A stretch of 64,000 bases of DNA, taken from sequence record OR545507.1; one strand, written 5' to 3'. This document shows positions 9,034 to 18,043 of this stretch, in pieces (position 1 is the stretch's first letter; every line of letters begins with the position of its first letter). The position numbers were made by a program, and so were the translations under genes. The notes beneath the pieces were generated by a model that did no database searches, was not told where the DNA came from, and worked only from the letters and a program-made list of their open reading frames with translations.

Positions 9034-10083
9034 TTATAACGATCTGTAAATTTGGATTAGAAGATTTTTATCAAACATTGGTGAATCAATTTCCATAATT
9101 TGCTGCAAAACTATCTCATCAACTGATTCAGTACTTTCAAAACTAACACCATCTTCGATTAATTCTGAAATACTTTGCTTGCTTGTCACAACATTAAACT
9201 CTCTAATGTTATAAAGTTTAGTAAATGTATCACGAATAAAACTAATCTCATCAGTTGTTATTGATATATCAACTTGAACTTTTGATATTGTGTTATCTTG
9301 TAGATAATAGCTTGGATCAGTCAACAATTCAGAAAGTGTGAATGTTCTATATTTTGGTGCATTATCCCATGACTTGAAAATAGGTTCTTTGCCATGTTCA
9401 AGAATCATCACACCTCTTGCATCATCCCATGTATCGGAAAAATTATGTGGAAAACAATTACCAGTATAAACTACACGAGTTCCTTTTGAAGTTGTTTTTG
9501 ACTGTCGTTTATGAAAATGTCCACTAAAAACATACTCACATCCACCAAAAGAACCTTCTGTTTCTTTTCCATGATCAGGCATTTCTACCATCTTGTTAAG
9601 CAAGTAACCTGGTAACTCTAAGTGACCAAAAACATACTTACTTTTTAGTTGAGGTAACAACTTATATTCATCTTCAATCATAAATGGAATGAAAGTACAA
9701 TCATCAAAGGTTGTAATTTCATTAATGAATTCTATATTTTCATAAACTTGAGCCATATTGATACTTGTTATATCACGTTTGTTTTTATGATACATATCAT
9801 GGTTGCCGACTAAAAAATATACTTTTTCAAAATTATCATTTAATAATTGAAGAATTTGTAAACCATAGTTTAGTGTTTGAATATTGATATTACTTCTATT
9901 ATGAAAATAATCTCCCATAAAAACACAAACTTTGATATTATTTTTTTTAGCTACATCAATCATGAATTTAATGAAGTTTAAACAATCTTCATTGTGTTGC
10001 TTGCTGTTATTCTTTAAACCTAAGTGAATATCAGTGAATGTAATTGCTTTATCAAACAGAGCCATCTTCATTTTTCCTTTCAA
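9034..10083 (-). CDS. gp47: recombination exonuclease nuclease subunit (Mre11/SbcD-like)
   Basis: Phosphoesterase motifs DIHLG, GDYFH, GNHD, GHLE, SGHFH; true start may be a few codons downstream. Confidence 0.92.
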   Translation of the reverse strand: MKGKMKMALFDKAITFTDIHLGLKNNSKQHNEDCLNFIKFMIDVAKKNNIKVCVFMGDYFHNRSNINIQTLNYGLQILQLLNDNFEKVYFLVGNHDMYHKNKRDITSINMAQVYENIEFINEITTFDDCTFIPFMIEDEYKLLPQLKSKYVFGHLELPGYLLNKMVEMPDHGKETEGSFGGCEYVFSGHFHKRQSKTTSKGTRVVYTGNCFPHNFSDTWDDARGVMILEHGKEPIFKSWDNAPKYRTFTLSELLTDPSYYLQDNTISKVQVDISITTDEISFIRDTFTKLYNIREFNVVTSKQSISELIEDGVSFESTESVDEIVLQQIMEIDSPMFDKNLLIQIYRSL

Positions 10084-10891
10084 TCATGTTCAATTCAATT
10101 TCAATTTGACGTGTATGTGATGGCGTAAAGCCATGCATTTCAAGTAAATCATCACGTATATTTCGAACATTTTTCTCACTATTCAATATAGAACGAAAAC
10201 TATTGTTTACGAATGATGTATAGTAAGAGAAAGGATTTAGCTGAACTGCTGGTTTATCTTTTTTATAAAGAATGCTCTCTTTAAAGAGAAGTGCGTTTTT
10301 AACTAATTGTATTCTTGCATCACCCATCATTTCATCTAAGTATGTATAGTTTCTGTAATTAGATTTATGAGAGATTTCCTCAGCAAGTTTAATGAACATC
10401 TTCCCTAGTTCATTTGTAATTTTACCATGAACAGTACTGAATTCACCAGTTTCAAGATCTCCTTTCCAATGAGAACGACATACTTCATAGAGAATTCCTT
10501 CATTATCTACAATGTAATGCTTGAATGGTTCAAAGTTAACTCTAGTGTCGGGTGGAATATGTTCATCAGTGATAACACGAATAACAACTTCATCGATTGG
10601 AACATCAGTGATAACTAAATTATTTTCATCTGCATATTCTTTAGCTTTTTTAGCACTCATACTTTCCTTTTCACGAATACTATCAAGCATTTCATTGTTT
10701 AGTCGTTTGATTCGTGCTGCTTTGGCTTTTTCAAGTAACTCAGTAGTAATTTCTGACTCATGAAAAACAATATAATCATACATACTATATGATTTGTCTA
10801 ATAACCAGCAGTATGAAATCTTACTTTTTTGTATTTCACGAAGTAAATCAGCATTATTGAGATACTTTTTACGCTTTGGCCTATTTGTCAT
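10052..10891 (-). CDS. gp55: late-transcription sigma factor (gp55 family) with large insertion
   Basis: YLNNADLLREI, ELGKMFIKLAEEISHKSNYRNYTYLDEMMGDA, NPFSYYTSFVNNSF...EK motifs. Confidence 0.85.
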   Translation of the reverse strand: MTNRPKRKKYLNNADLLREIQKSKISYCWLLDKSYSMYDYIVFHESEITTELLEKAKAARIKRLNNEMLDSIREKESMSAKKAKEYADENNLVITDVPIDEVVIRVITDEHIPPDTRVNFEPFKHYIVDNEGILYEVCRSHWKGDLETGEFSTVHGKITNELGKMFIKLAEEISHKSNYRNYTYLDEMMGDARIQLVKNALLFKESILYKKDKPAVQLNPFSYYTSFVNNSFRSILNSEKNVRNIRDDLLEMHGFTPSHTRQIEIELNMIERKNEDGSV

Positions 10892-10948
10892 TGTATTTTA
10901 CTCTCCATGTTTAAATCCAATAGGTACAATCCTTGTACCATCAATGTT

Positions 10949-10976
10949 ATTATAGCACCAAAAAGCATTTTGTCCC
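10949..10976 (-). promoter_or_regulatory. early-type promoter for gp55-47-46
   Basis: GGGACA-16 bp-TATAAT, extended -10 TGc. Confidence 0.7.
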
Positions 10977-10979
10977 ACG

Positions 10980-10987
10980 TATAAATA
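10980..10987 (+). promoter_or_regulatory. late promoter TATAAATA for the baseplate operon
   Basis: Perfect consensus 36 nt upstream of ATG 11023. Confidence 0.8.
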
Positions 10988-11022
10988 CATCAAATGTTCC
11001 CTTATTATGGAGAATCAAAAAG

Positions 11023-11754
11023 ATGATTGATCGTAGAATTCGATTACGACCTAAAGCCGCAGGTGCTAACTATGTATATGGTGATTTCGGGGATAGCTCC
11101 GAACCAACACTACTTTCGTTTCTGCGTCCAACTAATGGGTTGGTTTGGACTGTAACACCAACAATTACTGAACAAAGGTCAATTCAGTATGAAACACAGT
11201 CTCCTATACATACCAACAGTAACTATAACAACTATAAGAACACTACTAATACAGTTTTCACTATTCAGGGTGAATTTTATGCAAATACAGCAGCAGAAGC
11301 TATGTATGCGTTGGCATGTGTTCATTTTATACGTTCTGTTTCATTGATGGATTTTGGTAGACAAGCTGCTTCGGCTAATAACCCCGAACTCGCAATTGCG
11401 GGTGCACCACCACCAATCTTACTTCTAAGTGGATATGGTCGTTATACATATAATGATATTCCTGTTATTTTAAAATCTTATAATTTTACTTACCCAAATG
11501 ATGTTTCTTATATTCAAGTTCCATTGAATAGTAGCGATAGTACTTTTAATTTATCCGACATGGATAGTAGAAAATTCTTCGAACAACTTAGAAGTACTGG
11601 ATATATGAACCCACAAGATGAAGTTTGGGTTCCACAAAAAATCTCAGTTATGTTACAACTTGAAGAACAACCAACATCGGATTATATGACTAAAACGTTC
11701 AACCTCAATGCATTCAAACGTGGTGAACTATTACGTAAAGGAGGATTCATTTAA
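11023..11754 (+). CDS. tail-tube initiator / baseplate protein (gpU/CIS-tube-like)
   Basis: Start moved to ATG 11023 (GGAG at 11009, downstream of late promoter); TITEQRSIQY...FTIQGEF and PPPILLLSGYG patterns; precedes LysM wedge gene. Confidence 0.5.
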   Translation: MIDRRIRLRPKAAGANYVYGDFGDSSEPTLLSFLRPTNGLVWTVTPTITEQRSIQYETQSPIHTNSNYNNYKNTTNTVFTIQGEFYANTAAEAMYALACVHFIRSVSLMDFGRQAASANNPELAIAGAPPPILLLSGYGRYTYNDIPVILKSYNFTYPNDVSYIQVPLNSSDSTFNLSDMDSRKFFEQLRSTGYMNPQDEVWVPQKISVMLQLEEQPTSDYMTKTFNLNAFKRGELLRKGGFI

Positions 11755-12068
11755 TGTCCAACTATAGTCAATACTCACCTTACGCTAAGGTGAAACAAAC
11801 ATGGTATCTTGGGTATAATTTACCACGTGATATTGTTCCGGCTGATACTGATGATTTTTATGAGATCCCATTGAAATATGAATATCAACCTTGGCGTTTA
11901 GCATACGAAATGTATGGTAATGAACGCTTATATTATATTTTCGCATTGTTAAATCCAGACATACTAGGAGAAGATCCTATATATAATTTTAAAAGTGGAG
12001 TAACAATTAGAATACCAGCAAATCAAAGAGTACAGAATTATCTTAATGGTACTCGAAACATAGGCTAA
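11754..12068 (+). CDS. gp53: baseplate wedge protein, LysM-like (gp53/gpX)
   Basis: WRLAYEMYGNERLYYIFALLN...FKSGVTIRIP is the typical gp53/LysM pattern. Confidence 0.75.
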   Translation: MSNYSQYSPYAKVKQTWYLGYNLPRDIVPADTDDFYEIPLKYEYQPWRLAYEMYGNERLYYIFALLNPDILGEDPIYNFKSGVTIRIPANQRVQNYLNGTRNIG

Positions 12069-12079
12069 TGGAGTAACGT

Positions 12080-14329
12080 ATGGCAGATTTACGAAGTACA
12101 GTTGATAATTTTCAAAATGATATTACAAGTATTACTGGTAAGGCTAAAACCACCACATCTAATGCACTTGATAGTTTGAAAGCTACAGCAAATACATTAC
12201 AAAATGATGTAAAAACTATTACAAAAAATAATTACAAAGCAAATGTAAGTAATGTAGTATCATTACCAAAACAAAGTGCTAGTGTTGATCAAGTTTATGA
12301 AGATCTCGATTTAAGTCAGTTTGTAATACCGTATGACAATAAATTATTGAAATATGATAACCCAACTTGGCACTTTTGTTTATTTGCCTTAGATAAAGAT
12401 GATTTTAAAAACTTTTGGCTTTACCCAGATGCAGAAGTGCAACGACATGTGATATCAGAAAGTGGTGTTACTGGCAAATATAATATCACTAGTGTACAAA
12501 TGACACAAGCTGGACCTTCAACACCAGGAATGACAACAAACTATTGTTTTAATACAGCAGTACTTAATATGTCTGAAAATAATAGTATGAGTCTATATGA
12601 TGAATTAATTTCGTTAAGTAACAAACTTAGATATCATAAATTTATGGACTTGCCATTGATCTTGGAATTAAAGTTTATTGGCTTTAATAAAAATGGAATA
12701 CCTGAAATTATCCCAGAAACAACAAGACGCTGGTCAGTTAAAATTAATAGTGTTACTGCAAGTGCTTCACAAAGTGGTAGTACTATGATGTATACTATGA
12801 ACTTAGTTCATAATAGAGCAGCTTTAGTTGATAACATTGAATGGACCTTAAAAGAACCATTCAATTGTACTGCTGAAAACTTTGGTGACTTCTGCTTTGA
12901 TTTAGAAGATAAATTAAATCAGATGGCTGACCAACAATATGGTTATCTTAGATATAAATTTGGTGAATTATCCGAAGGTAAATTTTTCGAATTTAAAGTA
13001 GCACCTGATTTGCAAGATTTGTTTATAAACTATGATTCTAAACAAATGGCAGAGGCCGGAACAACTAAAAGTGGTGCACAAGGTTCTAAAAACTTTTCAT
13101 GGAACCCAAGTACTCCTATATCTCGAATTATTGATGACGTTATTGATACATGTACTGTACAAGCCGATGATAGTACTAGTGTGCGTCAATTTGTAAACAT
13201 TATACCAGTTAAACAATACGTTGGTTTTGATAATTATCGTAATACTTCTGTGTATAAAGTAATTTTTTATATTGTTAGATTTAAAATAGGTGATATTGTT
13301 CATGAATCGGATTTACAACCTGAAAATTTCACATTTGAGTACTTTTTTGAGAACGCAGAAAAATACGTAGATCCTAATGATCAAAAACCAAAAATAAACA
13401 TGAAAACTTATAATTATCAATTTAGTGGGCTTAATAGTGAGATACTTGATTTGGATTTGAAATTTGATCAGCAATTTTTCGTAGCCACTACACGTAACCC
13501 TGGTCCGATACAAGATGTAGCGAACCATGCAGGTACACATACATCCCAAGAACTCAATATTCAAGGTGTACAATACAATAGTATACCAGACGCATGGGCA
13601 AAAACAAGTGATTTACGTGTAACTCGTGATTTAGGAGGGATGTTAACACAAGCCCAACAACAATTGTTAACTGAAGTTGAAACTTTAGCAAAAAATCAAA
13701 TGCAGGTTGGTAACGCAGAAGAACAAGACCGTTATAATAACTATCAAGTCAATGTTTTACCTCAATATATTGAAGATTATGTAACCACTTATGAAGAAAA
13801 CGATGGTGGCACTGATGGTGTTGGTCACCGTTATGGTGAAGTGTTCACAATGCCAACCGAAGCAACTAACAATGAAACAACTTTATCCGCTTCGTTAAAC
13901 GATAACAGCAGCACATATGAAATGGATAGACGTAAAATACGTGACAACTATTACAATAGACCTTTTTTGTGTAAACTCGATATGCGTGTAGTAGGCGACC
14001 CGTACTGGTTAGGGTGGAGTGATTACTCTTACTTACAATATCTAGAACAAGTAATTAATGGTGAAGATATGGAAATTAACCCAGATGATTATCATGTAGC
14101 AAATTATATAACATCTGAAGCGTATCTATTACTAAAATTACAACCAGTAATATCAATAAATGATAACACTGGTGTTTTGGATATTAATACACCAACCACA
14201 TTTAACCAAACAATTTATCGTGTTAATAAAATTGTTCATGATTTTGGTGCAGGTGGTTCTTTTACACAACAAATTCAAGCTGCAATTGTAATTCGTGCAC
14301 TCAAACGTCACGATAGTATAGTTGATTAA
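12080..14329 (+). CDS. baseplate hub protein (gp27/gpD-like)
   Basis: 749 aa between gp53 and gp5; C-terminal VVGDPYW...YRVNKIVHDFGAGGSFTQQI resembles hub C-termini. Confidence 0.55.
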   Translation: MADLRSTVDNFQNDITSITGKAKTTTSNALDSLKATANTLQNDVKTITKNNYKANVSNVVSLPKQSASVDQVYEDLDLSQFVIPYDNKLLKYDNPTWHFCLFALDKDDFKNFWLYPDAEVQRHVISESGVTGKYNITSVQMTQAGPSTPGMTTNYCFNTAVLNMSENNSMSLYDELISLSNKLRYHKFMDLPLILELKFIGFNKNGIPEIIPETTRRWSVKINSVTASASQSGSTMMYTMNLVHNRAALVDNIEWTLKEPFNCTAENFGDFCFDLEDKLNQMADQQYGYLRYKFGELSEGKFFEFKVAPDLQDLFINYDSKQMAEAGTTKSGAQGSKNFSWNPSTPISRIIDDVIDTCTVQADDSTSVRQFVNIIPVKQYVGFDNYRNTSVYKVIFYIVRFKIGDIVHESDLQPENFTFEYFFENAEKYVDPNDQKPKINMKTYNYQFSGLNSEILDLDLKFDQQFFVATTRNPGPIQDVANHAGTHTSQELNIQGVQYNSIPDAWAKTSDLRVTRDLGGMLTQAQQQLLTEVETLAKNQMQVGNAEEQDRYNNYQVNVLPQYIEDYVTTYEENDGGTDGVGHRYGEVFTMPTEATNNETTLSASLNDNSSTYEMDRRKIRDNYYNRPFLCKLDMRVVGDPYWLGWSDYSYLQYLEQVINGEDMEINPDDYHVANYITSEAYLLLKLQPVISINDNTGVLDINTPTTFNQTIYRVNKIVHDFGAGGSFTQQIQAAIVIRALKRHDSIVD

Positions 14330-14342
14330 GGAATAAAATATT

Positions 14343-17006
14343 ATGGCAGATACAAGTAAAAAGTATGCACAACAGCAGTTGGGTCGTTTTGACCCATCTT
14401 ATCCGCAGTTAGCAACTGTTATGGATAACAGAGATCCAACTAAATCAGGAAAACTGAAAGTTTGGATACAAGGTTCTCAAAGTGATAAAAACTCAAAAGA
14501 ATCATGGATAGAAGCATCTTACATGTCTCCTTTTGCTGGTAAAACACCAGGTATTCCAAGTGCTGATGCATATGGTCAATATCCAAAAGGATACGGTTTT
14601 TGGGCAGTACCACCAGACGTAGGGTGTACAGTTGTTGTAATTTTTGCACAAGCCCGTACATTCCAAGCATATTGGATTGGTTGTGTATATGACCAGCGTA
14701 TGAATACTATGGTTCCGGGTATGGCAACTGAAGTAAGTAATTATGGTGGAACTGATATGCCACTTCCTGTTACTGACTATGATCGTAACACTATCACTAC
14801 CGATATGCAAGACAAATATGCTAACGTTCCAATCATCGCAGGTCTTAAAAAGCAAAACCTTTTATATGACGAAGAAGCTGGGTTGGCGAATCGTAGTAGT
14901 ACTCGACAAACCACAAGTACTGTATATGGAATGTCATCACCACGTGGAAATAGTTTCATTATTGATGATGGATATACTGAAGAGGAATTAACTGCACCCA
15001 CATGGGATCAAGACCCAGATGGATATCAAGATACGCAATTTAATAACCCAGTAAACGATACCCGTGTTGGTTCTCGTAAAAATGAAGGTGTTGTAATAAA
15101 AACACGTAGTGGTGCACAACTTCTTTTATCAGAAGCAACTGGTGATGTTCTTTTAATTAACCGTGACGGTACTGCACGTATTAAATTCACTGGTGAAGGT
15201 GATATTGACATGCATTGTGACAAGAATATCAATATTCGTGCAGGACAAGATATTAATATTACGGCTGGACGTTCATACAACATTGAAACCGGACAAGATT
15301 TCAATGCACGCGTTGGTGCAAATACTAAATTAGATCTAATTGGTGCTCTTGATGCAAAAGTTGGTGGACAAGTGGTGGTTAATTCAGGTGCTGACCTTCG
15401 TTTAGTTACGGCTGCATCATTACGTATGCAAAGTGGTAGCAGTACTGATATTACGGCTGGTTCAAATGCTTCTATTTCTGCCGCAACATCTGCAAACCTA
15501 ATTGGATCATCATCAGCAATTATTAGTGGTGGTGGTCAAACATTAACAGTTAATAGTGGTGGTAATAGCGGTACTGCTGAATTTACTGCACCAAACTTTA
15601 GAACACCATCTGCTGGTCTTAATGAACACATTCATGATATCGCTGCATGGGTTAACGCTGAAAATCATGGTAGTTATGTTGAACCACCAAGACAAGGTGG
15701 TGGAAGTGGTTCTAGTGAATCACCAGTACAACCACAACCAGCAAATGATGTATCACCAGAATTACCCGTAGCACAAGACACTGAAGCTGTTCAGTTTGTT
15801 AACTATACATCAGAAACTGAACAAGTTCAATCACAAGATTTGATGACATCTGATCCTGGGATGACTGGATATAGTATTACATATGAAGGTTTACATATGT
15901 TAATGCCATGTAGCGGTACTATTCGACAATATGGTTACTGGGGGAAAGGTGTTCCAACACAAAGTGGAGGAAAGGCAGACCGTTCAGGTTGGGAAATACA
16001 ATGTAAAGGTGATGTAGTTGCACCAGATGGTGGTGTGGTAGTAATTACTAATGGTGCTCTTTTAATACAACATAAGTCTGGATATAAATCTATTTTTTAT
16101 AATATTCAATCTGATTTATTAAACAAAGATGTTGTTCAAAAAGGTCAAGTTGTTGGAAAAGCAAATGGTGTCATACAGTTTGAAATTCGTGTTACATCAG
16201 CAAATGTTCTTGGATTCAGTGGTTCTGTTGACCCAGGATTATTTTATGCTTCACAAACAGGAACAGGGTCTGATGCGGCGAATAAAACATTAATTGGTGG
16301 TCAAGCAACTAATCAATCTGCTCCAAAAGCAGTTGTACAACCTTCAGTTGATAGTGATGAATTGGTAGTTACAACAAAAATCAAAACGATAGGTACTGGA
16401 TATTCTCAACGTGGTTCTCGTCATGTGCCTCGTAGGAGAAGAACACAGAGAAGTGGAGCTTCAACAACTCCGGTGGAGCAACCTACCTATAATATTGGAA
16501 ATGTTGATAAAACTGCAATCGATTGGAAAGTTGTTCCAGGTGATGCACAATTTATTTCTGAATTAAAAGAATATGAAGGTACATTACAATACCAACAAGC
16601 AAAAGGATATTATCGTAATGGTAAATTCTGGCGTTATTTGGATAGTCGTGGGTATCCAACTATTGGTTATGGTCACTTGATTATTAGTGGTGAAAACTTT
16701 TCAGATGGAATAACTGAACAGCAAGCCAACGATATGTTAGTTCGTGATAGTAGTAAAGCTATATATGATGCTAAATCAATTTATGCTTCATATAACATGA
16801 AAACACCTTATTTGGCTCAACAAGTACTATGCCAAATGGTATTCCAGATGGGTAAAGGTGGGGTACTTAAATTTAAAACTATGTTGTCTGAATTAGCTAA
16901 AGGTAATTATAAACAAGCTGCTGCTCAAATACGTAATTCAGCTTGGTATCGCCAAACTACTCGCCGTGCTGAGTTAATGGCTCGTCGTTTAGAGGCATGT
17001 CAATAA
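14343..17006 (+). CDS. gp5: baseplate central spike gp5: OB-fold, beta-helix, HxH apex, degenerate M23 domain, C-terminal T4-type lysozyme
   Basis: VMDNRDPTKSGKLKVWI and PPDVGCTVVVIF (gp5 OB); 8-residue-like repeats; NEHIHD; KEYEG...DSRGYPTIGYGH (GH24). Confidence 0.88.
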   Translation: MADTSKKYAQQQLGRFDPSYPQLATVMDNRDPTKSGKLKVWIQGSQSDKNSKESWIEASYMSPFAGKTPGIPSADAYGQYPKGYGFWAVPPDVGCTVVVIFAQARTFQAYWIGCVYDQRMNTMVPGMATEVSNYGGTDMPLPVTDYDRNTITTDMQDKYANVPIIAGLKKQNLLYDEEAGLANRSSTRQTTSTVYGMSSPRGNSFIIDDGYTEEELTAPTWDQDPDGYQDTQFNNPVNDTRVGSRKNEGVVIKTRSGAQLLLSEATGDVLLINRDGTARIKFTGEGDIDMHCDKNINIRAGQDINITAGRSYNIETGQDFNARVGANTKLDLIGALDAKVGGQVVVNSGADLRLVTAASLRMQSGSSTDITAGSNASISAATSANLIGSSSAIISGGGQTLTVNSGGNSGTAEFTAPNFRTPSAGLNEHIHDIAAWVNAENHGSYVEPPRQGGGSGSSESPVQPQPANDVSPELPVAQDTEAVQFVNYTSETEQVQSQDLMTSDPGMTGYSITYEGLHMLMPCSGTIRQYGYWGKGVPTQSGGKADRSGWEIQCKGDVVAPDGGVVVITNGALLIQHKSGYKSIFYNIQSDLLNKDVVQKGQVVGKANGVIQFEIRVTSANVLGFSGSVDPGLFYASQTGTGSDAANKTLIGGQATNQSAPKAVVQPSVDSDELVVTTKIKTIGTGYSQRGSRHVPRRRRTQRSGASTTPVEQPTYNIGNVDKTAIDWKVVPGDAQFISELKEYEGTLQYQQAKGYYRNGKFWRYLDSRGYPTIGYGHLIISGENFSDGITEQQANDMLVRDSSKAIYDAKSIYASYNMKTPYLAQQVLCQMVFQMGKGGVLKFKTMLSELAKGNYKQAAAQIRNSAWYRQTTRRAELMARRLEACQ

Positions 17007-17018
17007 ATATTTTAGTAC

Positions 17019-17026
17019 TATAAATA
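17019..17026 (+). promoter_or_regulatory. late promoter TATAAATA
   Basis: Perfect consensus upstream of the free lysozyme, directly preceded by AGTAC. Confidence 0.75.
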
Positions 17027-17042
17027 AAACGAGGATATCTTT

Positions 17043-17531
17043 ATGAGTAAATGGGAAATTAAAAATACAGATGAGCAATTTTTTAAGGAAATTAAAGAAT
17101 TTGAAGGAACTATTGCTTATCAGAAAAAACTTGGTTATTTTAAAAATGATAAGTTTTGGGTATATAAAGACAGCTTAGGTCTTGATACAATTGGCTATGG
17201 TCACCTAGTTTTACCTGGTGAAAATTTCAAGAATGGTTTAACAGAAGCACAAGCTGACCAACTTCTTCTTAAAGATGCTCAAACTGCGTACAATGATGCA
17301 AAATCAATTTATGAACAATTTGGTATGACCGCACCTATACAGGTTCAACGTGTATTATGGTTGATGGTATTCCAGATGGGCAAAACCAAAGTTTTAAAAT
17401 TTAAAAAAGCAATGACCGCATTAGGTAAGGCTGATTATAAAACTGCTGGTAAGGAATTGCGTGATAGTACATGGTATAAACAAACCACTTCAAGAGCGGA
17501 AAAGATGGCACGTATTGTTGAATCCGTATAA
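17043..17531 (+). CDS. T4-type lysozyme (GH24), paralog of the gp5 C-terminal domain; endolysin or baseplate lysozyme
   Basis: KEFEG...YKDSLGLDTIGYGHL retains the E/D/T triad; FQMG, STWYKQTTSRA. Confidence 0.88.
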   Translation: MSKWEIKNTDEQFFKEIKEFEGTIAYQKKLGYFKNDKFWVYKDSLGLDTIGYGHLVLPGENFKNGLTEAQADQLLLKDAQTAYNDAKSIYEQFGMTAPIQVQRVLWLMVFQMGKTKVLKFKKAMTALGKADYKTAGKELRDSTWYKQTTSRAEKMARIVESV

Positions 17532-17546
17532 TAAAGGAAATAGTCA

Positions 17547-17942
17547 ATGGCAGTTGTTTTTAAAGGTTTTTCTACCCCAGTAGTGGGTAGAACTGAAACA
17601 TTGTATGATAGTGAATTGGTTCGCCAAGATTTAATGAATCATTTCAATACAAAAAAAGGCGAAAGAGCATTTGATGCTGACTATGGTTTTATTGCATGGG
17701 ATTTGCTGTTTGAATTGGAAGGTTATAATACTATCAACCTTTTGGAAGCAGATGCCCGTAGAATAATTAGCTTAGATCCACGCTTAAATCTTAAGAAATT
17801 GCAAATTTCAAGAATAGAATATGGATACCAAATGAATATTGTATTACAGTACGTAGTATTGGATACATTAGAAGAACTTACTATTGTATTCGATGCAAGA
17901 AGTAATAACAGAATGGCAACATATTCAGTATCGTCTTTATAA
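17547..17942 (+). CDS. gp25: baseplate wedge subunit / sheath initiator
   Basis: FKGFST...LMNHFNTKKGERAFDADYG...ISLDPR is the gp25 family pattern. Confidence 0.85.
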   Translation: MAVVFKGFSTPVVGRTETLYDSELVRQDLMNHFNTKKGERAFDADYGFIAWDLLFELEGYNTINLLEADARRIISLDPRLNLKKLQISRIEYGYQMNIVLQYVVLDTLEELTIVFDARSNNRMATYSVSSL

Positions 17943-17946
17943 TTAC

Positions 17947-17976
17947 AAAAGCACTCTTCGGAGTGCTTTTCTTTTT
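17947..17976 (+). terminator. intrinsic terminator with UUCG loop
   Basis: AAAAGCACTC-TTCG-GAGTGCTTTT then CTTTTT. Confidence 0.9.
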
Positions 17977-17977
17977 G

Positions 17978-17985
17978 AATAAATA
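17978..17985 (+). promoter_or_regulatory. late promoter (AATAAATA) for gp6
   Basis: Immediately after the terminator, 58 nt before ATG 18044. Confidence 0.55.
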
Positions 17986-18043
17986 TTTCTATATATAATT
18001 CCCAGTACTGAACTAGTACTTTACTGATTTAAAGGAATAAATT

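Noticed and set aside
10933-11022. ORF-track upstream starts (10933; also 21555, 33903, 33981, 39637, 54894)
   Set aside because: They lack an RBS or lie upstream of or on the promoter/RBS; downstream ATGs with a well-spaced Shine-Dalgarno-like RBS were used
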